A stretch of 64,000 nucleotides of DNA from positions 29,202,001 through 29,266,000 of the forward strand of contig CM074518.1 of assembly GCA_037379345.1 (NCBI GenBank), read 5' to 3'. The position numbers and the translations under genes are program-made. The notes under the pieces are model-generated. The model was not told where the DNA came from. It saw only the letters and a program-made list of their open reading frames with translations, and ran no database searches. This document shows, in pieces, positions 36,301 to 47,130 of this stretch (the stretch's first letter is position 1; the number at the start of each line of letters is the position of its first letter). This stretch comes from Perna viridis. Its lineage: Eukaryota.

Positions 36301-37578
36301 ACACTTTTTATTTGTTTTTTTTACGATAATACCATACCTGCTTGCTTTTTTCTGGCGGTTTTAAAGTGCCTGATATTATAGAAAACCTGTTTTTGACAGT
36401 TAATTTTGCGAAGGCACCCAAAATTTGTTTTGAAAACTGACATCTATTTTTGTATTATTTTACCATGGCTACAGATTTTCATGATAAAATAGAAAATAAT
36501 ATCTATCTATTCGTGGACCTCCATAATGTAAGGTTTAGAAAAATATATACTTTTTTACAGGAATAAATTGTTGGATTTGCTTGCTTAAGTGTCTCAATTT
36601 AACTTTATTTCCACAAATTGTCAAAAAGGTATCTGCAGCTACCTATCTGTAAAGTGGAACCTAAAGGTTGGAATTCAGCTTCAAAGTCTCTATACCCTTT
36701 CAGAAGATACCAAGTATGAAGATGTTCAGTAAACACATCCAGCATTGCACTCGGTCTTCCAACATTATTTTTATTATAAATTAATGTGCAGCTAAAATGA
36801 AAACTTACGACATTTCAGCTTCCTTGTTTCCGAACTGGGCACCAGTTTCCATACTAAGAGCTCCAGCTCCTTGTCCGAAACCATATCCCTTAGGACCGAA
36901 CTTTTTACCATGGCAACCTTTGCAGAAGACACGCCCCTCGTGCTCGGCTACTGTTGTGCTTTCCAACATCTTGTTGCACATGCCTGTAAAGTAAACTAAA
37001 CCTGAAACTTTTTGGAAACTAGAAACTAGAAATTGTGAGATTAGAGGAAATAAGATGCGCCATAGTTCCATTGTAATGTTTACTAAACAATTCGGATACA
37101 TTCTGCTATACCATTGTCCGTCCTCATGTCTACGCGGCGTACGATAAATCAACGCTTTGAAAGATTTTAATGAATTTTAGCTCAAAGCTTTTCGTGATGT
37201 TTAAGTTTAGAAGCAACCTATCGTTTTAATTATTTTATAAACTTTTGTTTTAAAGTTTTCTGACTTGAAATTTCGCGGGCGCATTGTGTCCTTTAGCACA
37301 AATTTTATTAAAACATTAATCATTAACGAATCAGGAATTTATACTGTATATATTTTATTTCGAGTGTGGTAGTATAGAGATTCTATTTTGTCATAGAAAA
37401 GTGAAAAACATAAGGCAGTGATATCACGATTTGTAAAGTTACGACGTAGGTGCTTTTACATACCACACTTAAAGCACATTTTGTGCCATTTCTTGCCAGC
37501 TCCTAACTTCTCCTCGGCAGCATATACTGCTTTACCACAAGCCGGGCAGATAGACCTTTCTGGAGGCTTGAAAGGCAT
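33331..37578 (-). CDS. CSRP: Cysteine- and glycine-rich protein / muscle LIM protein (CSRP/MLP family, two LIM domains), 184 aa. Exons 37578-37464, 36983-36809, 35688-35577, 34411-34318, 33389-33331
   Basis: LIM1: [23 protein letters not shown]...WHKMCFKC, then [23 protein letters not shown] (Gly-rich repeat). LIM2: [12 protein letters not shown]...[11 protein letters not shown]...[17 protein letters not shown] splice acceptor 4 nt before the ATG implies an upstream non-coding exon. Confidence 0.95.
33945..34135. repeat. Composite direct and inverted repeat in the last CSRP intron
   Basis: GCTCTTCTGACAGTTCTAGCAG is inverted against CTGCCAGAACTATCAGAAGAGC and CTGCCCGAACTGTCAGAAGAG; GGCTYTAGTAG recurs. 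Confidence 0.7.
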
Positions 37579-38068
37579 AGTTCTGAAAAAAGAAAATGTC
37601 GTTCAATTAAAGGGAATGAATAGAATGTTTGAAAACATAATTTGAAGAAATAACTACTAAGTAATCGAGTAGTGTACCAATTCAACTTTAATAAGATAAC
37701 TACTAATGGAGTGGGCGTTCGGATCTGATATGATGATACCTTTAGATACAATGTCGTATGTTCTGATCAGCATCCTGTTGTAGTATGTAGATATTGATAA
37801 ATGCCATACATATATACATATATGAATGGGTGTCAGTTTTTCATTGTCTGAATATATGAATGGGGTGGGTACAATTTTTTGGGGGCCGCACACCCGTAAC
37901 CTTTTACCTGTTAAGTTACCTCCCTCGTGGCCATTTGATCCGCAAGTCGGAAAGAATGCAAGAAGAGTTGGATCACTGAAAAAGCGACTTGGTCACTTTG
38001 TTTTTGTTTTGATGCTATATCGCGGAAACCATTGATATAGCACATTAGTTTAAACGTTTGTTGTTCAA

Positions 38069-38644
38069 TACGGGGCGCCGAATGGGACTCTGTGGTTTTG
38101 TACTCAAAATTCAATTTTGTACAGACAAAAGTGAATTTTGTTCAACATGCAGAAATGAGTTCAAATTAACAAAATTTATAACATACTACAAATTTAAATT
38201 TTGTGTAACTTTTGTCATGATAAAATTCCTTTTTGTATCACATACTTGTTACCTAATTTGATTATTGGGTAACAAAAGTCAATTTTATATGCAAATGAGT
38301 TTAGTTTGGATTCTGCGAATTTATTTGCATACAAAACCGAGAAAAATTATGATAAAATTAAATTTTGTCACAAAATTCATATTTGTGTTCACAAAATTGA
38401 ATTCTGTAATAACAAAATCACTTTTGCAAGCAATTTAACTCAGAATTCTCTTTTGTGTCACAAAAATTGAATTTTGTCATGACTAAAATGAATTTTGCAA
38501 TTACAAAATTGAAGTGATCACAAAACAAGTTGGTATAATATTGTTTTGTACGACAAAAGTGCTTTTGTTATTACGGAATTCAATTTTGTGTACACCAAAT
38601 TAATTTTGATTACAAAAAGATCAAGTCCCATTCGGCGTCCCGTA
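38069..38644. mobile_element. MITE with ~21-bp TIRs and internal ACAAAATT/AATTTTGT repeats
   Basis: TACGGGGCGCCGAATGGGACT ... AGTCCCATTCGGCGTCCCGTA. Confidence 0.85.
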
Positions 38645-39346
38645 TGCAACATGTATAGATGTCCGTCTGTATATAGCGTATGAAGTGTGGTAAAGGAAAA
38701 AAAGCAAGCTTTTAGAAATTCATGAATCTATAAATCATAATGTTAAGTTAGTTGTGTATTAATATAGCCGTTGGTATATCTTTAGTTCAAACAATACCTG
38801 AACTACCAAGTTACAGAAATAGTTAAGTAATTAAACACAAAGAATGATTCAGAAACCAGGTAAAACGGCATTTAACACACATCAGAGTAAGCAGTACTAA
38901 TTAACGCAGTGCAAAAAGAGATCTTTACTTGGCAGCCTGCTCGAGGAAGTTTTTCTTCGTCAATTTCACCTTGAGGGATATATTGCTATGACTCACAAAA
39001 GATTTATCACTTAAATTATGTTTATATTGTAGAAGGCACATTCCTTAACACATAAACAATATACCATGGGAAAGTGTTTCATATGACTAACAAATATGAT
39101 ATACAACATGTAGGCTGAGTTCTTTGAACTATGGAGAAATTGAGAAGAATTGTGTTATGTAAAGTTGGGGGTGATGTTTTTTGAACGTGAAAGGAAGATT
39201 CTAATGAAAGGGTGTGTTACCAATCTTAACCTTTATTGACACAAGTTTTACAGTGAAATTCTGAAGAAGGGGAAGATGCATTGGTTGATTATTTCATTGC
39301 TCGAAGTTTTGCGTTTTTTTCTTAAGTATTTTACCTGGCAGATCGT

Positions 39347-39415
39347 ACCCCGATATAATAACTTATTTCAGGACCATTTAGACAATGGTCCTGAAATAAG
39401 TTATTGATTCGGGGT
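39347..39415. repeat. Hairpin with a 22-bp perfect stem and 5-nt loop, extendable
   Basis: AATAACTTATTTCAGGACCATT-TAGAC-AATGGTCCTGAAATAAGTTATT, flanked by ACCCCGA / TCGGGGT. Confidence 0.85.
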
Positions 39416-40604
39416 CTAGGAATGGAACCTCTCCCTTTTTATAGGAAATGTTTGTGCAAATTTGGACAAAATGAGCAAATGATAGATTGTAACCCCCTTT
39501 TTTCTCGATTTATATACAATGTGTAAAACAGGCTTATATTTATTACATTATGGTCCAAAAAAAGGGAAATGCTAAAAATTTCACACCCCAGCATATACTC
39601 CTTGGTCCATTTAAGCAAGTGAAATCCGAAATATTAATTGAATTTTTGTATTTCTCTCCTAGCTAAGTGTTCTTTAATTACCAGTTAATTAATGACCAAT
39701 ACATGTAGACATAATGCAGTTGTTGAACTGACTTGTGCCAGGTCATATGAGGTTACATCCCAGAATAAATAAACAACCAAAGACAAAACACTCCTTGTCC
39801 AAACATTACTCAGAACATAAGGAAGTGTTCATTATCAGATTATCTACATTATAACATCTACCGGGCAATGGCCAGCGTAAGTAATTTATTAAGAATGCTA
39901 ACAGTTGTTGACCGGGGCCAAAGACGTACATGTATAACATTACTGTAAGACCGTTAAAACAGACACAGCCAAGTAAAAACAAGTCTTTATTCATTTCCCG
40001 GTTTTTTTCTCAACATTAGTAAACCGAAATCAGATAATGTTGTGAGACTTCGAAGTATTGCATGAATGAAGTATTTCTGTATTTACAGAAAGTGAAGACA
40101 TTTTAATTAACGCTATAGACCTATTTCCTTCACTGTGATTCTGTTTCTTACAAACGATGTGCAATATCTGTAGTTATAAAGTCGTGTAGGGAACTATCGT
40201 TTGAATTTACGAAGTGGGTAGGATGAATTTTGAAATTATGTCAGGACAGCTAAGAAAAATTAAAAAGTCTGGATCTATATAATTGTCCTGAAATTTTTTG
40301 TTTATATTCAATTAAAAGAAAAAGACAGTCCTGACCTACACTTTCTCAAAATAAACAGGATAGAAAATTTCATCCAAGCCCCATAAAAACCAAAGGTTTG
40401 CTCTCTCATATGATGGAAAATATTGAAATGCTTATATTCAATAAGTAGAAATATTAATGTGTCTTTCCAATTACTGTAATTCTCTTGCATTTTGTTATAT
40501 CTCTCGAAAATTGACAGATTTTTTTTGTATAGTTACATATTGTAGTTAATCGTTATATGTACTTAACATAAAATTAGATTGTCAATGAACACTAACTTAC
40601 CTTA

Positions 40605-41003
40605 GAGCAACTACAATCCGACTTGGAGGATGGAATTCTTTGCACACGATACAAGCAAAACTGAACCATACCCTCTCTATTTTTGTCCAAAGTTTTATAT
40701 TGCAATTTTGCGCACATCACTCAAAGACCTTTCTTCACAGGGGTTACTGCCTGATATACTGCGGTGAAAGCTTGAAATCTGCGCCTGGAGCAAAATGAAA
40801 AATAGTGAAAGATGCATAAGTCCAGTGTTGGAAGTAATAAGAGGGAGAACGGAATCAAAAATTGAACGGCAACTAAAATCCGACTGGGATAGTAGAATTC
40901 TTTGCACACGATACAAACAAAACTGAACTATAGTTTCAAGTTTGATATTGGAATTTTGCGCACACCACTCTAAGACCTGTCTTTACAGGGGTTACTGCCT
41001 GAT
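40605..41003. repeat. Local tandem duplication (~260-bp period) with a third partial copy near 41435-41550
   Basis: GAATTCTTTGCACACGATACAA and CAGGGGTTACTGCCTGATA each occur twice; CGGTGAAAGC..TCTGCGCCTG recurs at 41435. Confidence 0.8.
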
Positions 41004-42127
41004 AAATGAATCAGAGAATTTCCTGTTGAATTTATAGGACAGACTAAATTAATAACTCCTTTATATCAATTAAACAAAATATTTTAATACGTATTAAACT
41101 CTATAAGTATAATCATGCATGTGAAATTAAAATGCTTTATTGTACACTCCTTAGGGTGCCTCATCACAACTTCGGGTGGTAAACTAAATTCGACATAAAT
41201 GGATTCTGCTTCACGCCATACATTCGTATCTCATCATCAATCTCATCATCAACTACATAAAGAATCACTGTAATGTAAATTATATGATAAAATCGGTTCT
41301 GAGCAACCTTTATTAATTATAAACAATTATATAACAGTTGAAAGCAGTTGCCGAAAAATTATAATGAGATTAATGACCAAGTGCTTCCTCTGTGACTTTC
41401 AAGCTAAATCTTGTTATTACCAATTCAGAGCAGACGGTGAAAGCCTGAGATCTGCGCCTGAAGGAAAACCAAACATTTGTTATAGTGAAAGATAATCTAA
41501 AGTCCAGCGGTTAAATTAATAAGATGAAGAATGGAATCAAGAAATGAAGAACATTACTTAAAGGGCAGATGCAGACATTCATAAAAGGGAGGTAAAATCC
41601 AGAAGAAATGAAAAAAGGAGGTTCTAGGCTATAATTTGCCAACATTTCTGCATTATAGAAATAACCAAATTTTCTTACAAAAAGTAGTTCATCCCTCGCC
41701 CCCGCCTCTGAACTTGCATGTTTCAATGTACTAATGCGAATTAAATTGACCTATCACACAGCGATAGATGTTCTACTAGTCATTTTAACTTCACTTGTCT
41801 TGTAAAAGACCCAACTTTCTGGTCAACATTTTTTATTTGAAATTGGAACCTTTATTTTAATTATTTAAAATACATGCAGTTCCACTTGAATATTATCGTT
41901 AAAACACATCTTCCATCTATCATAAGTGTTCCTCCTCTTTAATCGGATATAAACCCCAGCCAGATGTTCGACTGGTGCAATTCGAGTATTTGTAGATATT
42001 GCTCGCAGTATTTCGAAGTAACTCTTCCTTATATTTTTTTCTGAACCCTAACTGTATTTATTCTTTTATATGATATATTTAGATTACAATAGATCTGTTT
42101 GTATGTGCATTATGGGTGTTTGTCAAA

Positions 42128-42275
42128 ACCCTATGTCGTCTACCCTATATCGCATATCCTATATCATACCCCTAGACCTATATTAAATACCCTATATCGC
42201 ACCTCTAGAACTATATGGTATACCCTATAACTCTCCACTAGACCTATATTGCCATACCTTATATCGCACCCCTTC
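42128..42275. repeat. Degenerate short tandem repeat (ACCCTATATCGC-like)
   Basis: Repeated CCTATAT units. Confidence 0.65.
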
Positions 42276-42319
42276 ACAGACCATACTTGAAGCATGGTTA
42301 ATGTATATTATATAATGAA

Positions 42320-42450
42320 CATTGCATGTTAAATCTGTGTCACATGTTGTATCAACCCTCGACCAATATCACCCCGCGGACCGGTGGCCCTTGGGATCAT
42401 ATAGGAGTCTCAGTTTGATACAGCATATGATACATATTTTGACATGTAAT
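42320..42450. mobile_element. Hairpin-type non-autonomous repeat
   Basis: TGCATGTTAAATCTGTGTCACATGTTGTATCAA ... TTGATACAGCATATGATACATATTTTGACATGTA imperfect palindrome around a GC-rich core. Confidence 0.5.
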
Positions 42451-43005
42451 ATTCAGTATATATCGAATTGATTTAAATGTAGTTACAATCGCAGCTTCAT
42501 TGATTTCATTTCAAATGAAGCACACATTTCCACGTCTGGTCTTATTTTAAACATCGAGCGTCACCCGATTCATGAAAAAGCAGAAATATGACAATATCAT
42601 TTGATAATGATGTGGTCTATATATTGATAACCAATGATCCATTTGTAACATGTGGCTCAATTTCTCCCCATCCTAAGATTGTCTATTGTGAAGTGTTTTC
42701 ATAAAGAAATAAGTCAATAAGAAGAACATTTCCATTGAAGATCATCAGTACGCACTTAATATAGGAATATATTTTTGTTAAAAAGTAAACAGTCTGAGAT
42801 ATGCATCCGTAATTTTTCAATTCTGCGACGGCTTTTGATGAAAGATATTAGGTAATTGAGTTCAAAATTGAAAAGGATTTTTTTTTACAAAAAGTCAACC
42901 TCAGTTTTATTGCTATCTTATCACAATAAGATATAGAAATTGGAGTGCAAGCTATACGCAAGCTTTTTTTTTCTGATTGTGTCGGTTGTGTAAATGGATT
43001 AAAAC

Positions 43006-44829
43006 ATGATTATCAGAACTAAGTTGGTTTTACTTGTTTTTACAACGTGTTTTCTAGTGGCATACACAAGACCACGCAGCAGATACCATAGAAGACGCCG
43101 ACCTCATATACGACCAAAACGATCCCCGAATCTGCGTATACGATGTGGCGAAAGGATCGACTTTGACTGGCAGTGTTATTGCGATAGACCAAGCGTTTTA
43201 CTGACATTGAATAATGCCAAAGATGCTGCTGACGCTTATCTTATTTGCGGGATTGACCAAGAGTTGGTGATTTTAGCCAAGACTCCAAAATATACTCCTT
43301 TGCAATCTGGTTTGGGAAGAAACTATAATCGCTTTGTCAAACAAGAGCGTCCTAGAACAATTTTGAACAACAACAAGTATTATGGATCTTCTTCTCTCGG
43401 AATGGAAAGAAAAGGTGGGATTGGAAATATAGGAAAAGACTATAGAACGAATGACAACCCATTCGGCGAAGGAGATAATATAAATTATCGTCAGATTGAA
43501 TCAAATGGCATTGATCATGTGAGATCTAATGAAATTTCTTCAGAAAGAAGTGAAAATCTGGGTTCGAGTAGTTTTGAAAATCTGAAGAGTTATGTATCCG
43601 ACGATAGGCATGGAATGGGAACAAGTAACAACCGAATTCGTAATCCTTACATTCAAAATGGACAACTTCCACTTCCGTTTTCGAAACAGAAAAGATCTAT
43701 AAACCTTCAAACAGTTGAGATTCTTTGCAACCGAGACATCTATGAAAGATGGTACTGTTATTGTCAACAACAAAGTGTTGTGATAACATTACCCAGCTCA
43801 GATATCTACAGTCTTTCTTGTGAATCTGACCAAGTATTAACAGTGCGTACCAAGGTGTCATACTATCAACCAGCGCAATCACAGTTTGCTGGTAAAATTG
43901 GAGTCAATAATCCGCCATATCCTGCTAACCAAAAGAACAACATCTTAGATACAGAACACAGAAATCCTTTTGATTCCATCGAACAAAGTAAAATGAACCC
44001 CGGAAACAATGTGGGCAATAGTCATTTAGAAAAACCACAACCTCTGTCTCAGCATGCATCAGACGAAACACCAACAGACTACGACAACATGATATCACAA
44101 GAAAAATTAGATAACGATTTGCAGGAAGCTATGCTTCGTTTAAGGAAAACACCGGAAACAACACCTACGACTACGCGAACTACTAAATTTTTGTCAACTG
44201 CTTTCACGGAAAGAGGATTCAAATTTGGCGGGAAAATATATGGCCTTCTGCCCGAAACTTCAAAACATGAGTCAAATGCAGATGTGGCCCCACAATCAGA
44301 AAATATAGACACCAATCCAAATAATTATAACACTAATAAATCTCAAACCAATACAGAAAATGCAGATGTAAAGGACGATTCAAAGCATGAATATAGTATC
44401 AGCAGTAGCAACAATGATGGCGATAACAAAACTATATTACCATTGACAACCTATGTCAGCAAGAATACACGAGATAAGACAGTTGACACTAATGTAATTA
44501 AGAATAAAAATAATGATGAAGCATTGACCGGGATTAGTAGACAACAACAGAAACAAACCAACAACAGTGTCAGAATTTATCAGCAGAGACAAAGCGATTT
44601 GACGACGATGGAAATGGACTCTGCTAGCAATTCTACGACGACCAATAGAACAGATTTATCAACAGACAATGATACACAAAATAGTGATAATTTAAAGATT
44701 ATAGACAAAGCGCCATGTTCCTTTTACGGGAAAGACTTACAGATTGGAGAAGGTGCACCAATCAGTATTTCTTGTAAGATGGTTTGTAAAAAGAAAAACG
44801 TTCTTAGACGAGAATGTTTTGGAAAGTAA
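43006..44829 (+). CDS. Uncharacterised secreted modular precursor, 607 aa, single coding exon: signal peptide, Arg-rich peptide, two 4-Cys modules, Asn/Asp/Thr-rich low-complexity region, C-terminal FN1/VWC-like module
   Basis: 1.8-kb ORF with signal peptide MIIRTKLVLLVFTTCFLVAYT. RPKR and KQKR each precede a W-x-C-x-C module. Paralogous modules occur in 32265-32915. AATAAA follows the stop directly. Confidence 0.88.
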   Translation: MIIRTKLVLLVFTTCFLVAYTRPRSRYHRRRRPHIRPKRSPNLRIRCGERIDFDWQCYCDRPSVLLTLNNAKDAADAYLICGIDQELVILAKTPKYTPLQSGLGRNYNRFVKQERPRTILNNNKYYGSSSLGMERKGGIGNIGKDYRTNDNPFGEGDNINYRQIESNGIDHVRSNEISSERSENLGSSSFENLKSYVSDDRHGMGTSNNRIRNPYIQNGQLPLPFSKQKRSINLQTVEILCNRDIYERWYCYCQQQSVVITLPSSDIYSLSCESDQVLTVRTKVSYYQPAQSQFAGKIGVNNPPYPANQKNNILDTEHRNPFDSIEQSKMNPGNNVGNSHLEKPQPLSQHASDETPTDYDNMISQEKLDNDLQEAMLRLRKTPETTPTTTRTTKFLSTAFTERGFKFGGKIYGLLPETSKHESNADVAPQSENIDTNPNNYNTNKSQTNTENADVKDDSKHEYSISSSNNDGDNKTILPLTTYVSKNTRDKTVDTNVIKNKNNDEALTGISRQQQKQTNNSVRIYQQRQSDLTTMEMDSASNSTTTNRTDLSTDNDTQNSDNLKIIDKAPCSFYGKDLQIGEGAPISISCKMVCKKKNVLRRECFGK

Positions 44830-46847
44830 TAAATAAAATAATTTAATCGTGAATATTTTTCTTATATCACGTGACCTCGATTTTTTGCATGCTTTATAGT
44901 TTGCTTTCTTTCCGTCAAAGCTACTGACGATAAACAATTCATTTTTAGGAATGAGTAAGGGTCTTTATTTTTTTCTTTTTTAAAAGTGAATTCTTGGTTG
45001 AGAAAACAATTGTCATTCCTTATGATTCTCCCAAACAGACTCATAACCGCTTCCTGATTGACGACGTATTACTTCGCTGGGTTATATACTCTGCTTTACA
45101 GGATGTGAAAAAAAAAAACAAAGCATAAGCATTAAGACATTACAAATCAGAAAAAAAAACTGTTTCCGTTTTACTGTCCTTATATGCATAAAGTCTGAAT
45201 TTAGTACTGAGTACAACAGAGGTGTAAATCTTTGAAATAATCAATGTTCTCTCTGCACAGGAGATCGTGTTTATCTGAGGTTTCTTTATCTTTTCTTTTG
45301 TCTCTGATCACATTTACATTTAGTAATCTGTTTTTACCATCCATGGTTTCCTTTGTAACACATATTTCTGTTTTAAAGACCACACAGACAGATTTACCGT
45401 ATCACCACAGGAAGGCACTTTATGTTGTGTTAAGTAAAGATGCACATAAAAAAGCAGGACAAATAGTAACATTGACAAATAAACTTATTGCTGAAACGTC
45501 TCAACATAACTCAGAAAACATTTAAACATTTACTGGTGAATAAAGATATTGGGATTTTAGCAACTAAAGTTCCTTACGCAATCCTTCTCTTACATTTGCA
45601 GTCATAAATAACGTACTGTCACCTCGCAATTATTTTTTTTTGTTTCCTTGTTTCCAGAACGTTTTCTATAGATGTGTTACATTAATTTCATCCATAAAAT
45701 GTATAAAGAAACTGCCGGCTAAGCTGTGCTAAGAAAATCCCTGCTCAACCATTTCTGTCAAACGTGGAAAAGGGAGACACGGTACAAGTCTTCGTGCAAA
45801 AGGAATATACCAATTATCTAAGCAATCCCTCAAATATATGCTGAAAAATCTGTTTATAATTCCATTAGGTTACAGACCACCAATTCAACCAATGAGCATT
45901 TGGAACGTACGCAAAAATAGTCCTACGCAGAAATTACCCTTGTTCCTCATAGTGCTGTGAAAAAAGTTCTCATCTTATTTAAAAAATTTAAACAGTTTCT
46001 GAAAGGAAAAACATTTTTGTACATTTTATAGGTGCATTTTGCTTCTTGTGATGTGAAGCCTAATCTCCATAATGATTTTTAAATATACCCCTATCTTGTG
46101 AAAACACTGGGATTTCCCATGCTATTTATAGACCCTTCACTTCCGGTGACCAGTACTGCATTGCAAGTCTGCTAACCCCACATGCCATTCTGAGGATTGT
46201 GAGCTGACATATGTAGAATCATGCTGATATATAGTCCTCTGCAGGTTAAAGTTAAGGTAAAGTCCAGAGAAGCCATTGAATATTGTGAAATTAGCATAGA
46301 AGCCTATGGAAAGTGGAATTAGTGGTTTTTAGCCATTATACTTCACCTTAAAATTACGAAGTCATACAGTAAACAATATGTACAGCAGCAAGGAATCTGA
46401 TAAAAGGAGACATCATCTAACATTAGCAATATACAAAACATCTAAGCATTCCCTCCATTAGAAGCAAAGAAATCGATTACAAAAAGTGTAACGGACGGAC
46501 GAAAAAGGTGATTACAATAAAGCCCATATTCTCATGAGGTTAAGTATAATTTTCACTTACAATGATTGCTCACAGTTTTTGAACAGTTAGCAGTTTATAA
46601 TCTTCCCAAGCGGGTACGTAAAAGGAGAAGCATATTTCGCGTAAGTATCCGTGGAGCATATGACAATTATGCAGAATATGATATACTACCTAGTTCAGGA
46701 CGAAAAACCTGACTGTACTATAATACTACAATTGTAAAATTGTACAGTACTTGATCGTTTTCTGAATCAAATCTGGGTAATTTTATTTCGACTCTGACAA
46801 TTCATCATTTCGACACATTTTGAAATGGATTCTTTCGTCGACTATAT

Positions 46848-47130
46848 CTAAGTAGCAGTCTTTACAAAAATCAGACAGGAGGTGATTCATGGTTATAGAT
46901 TGTACACGAAATTGGAACTCTGCAAGAGTTATTGTTCTAACTTTGGTTTAATGTGGTTGATTTTAGTATGAGATAAATGTATGATTTTCTCAAAGTACAG
47001 AAATGAATATAGTTACACAAAAATATAGCATATGTAGATTGAAAAGTCGTCGTTTGTTCGGTGAGTTTTTCTTTACCATTAATCATATTGATTTGGGCAG
47101 TGCCTGAATTTTAAATGGACTGATACTTAA
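46848..47130. mobile_element. Second copy of the TTAA MITE family (internally deleted)
   Basis: Aligns with 4943-5342 (TCAGACAG.AGGTGATTCATG; TAGATTGTACA; GATAAATGTATGATTTTCT; GACTGATACTTAA). Confidence 0.75.

Noticed and set aside
45730-45845. C1q/TNF-like fragment (VEKGDTVQVFV)
   Set aside because: One short motif bounded by stops, with no other supporting strands.
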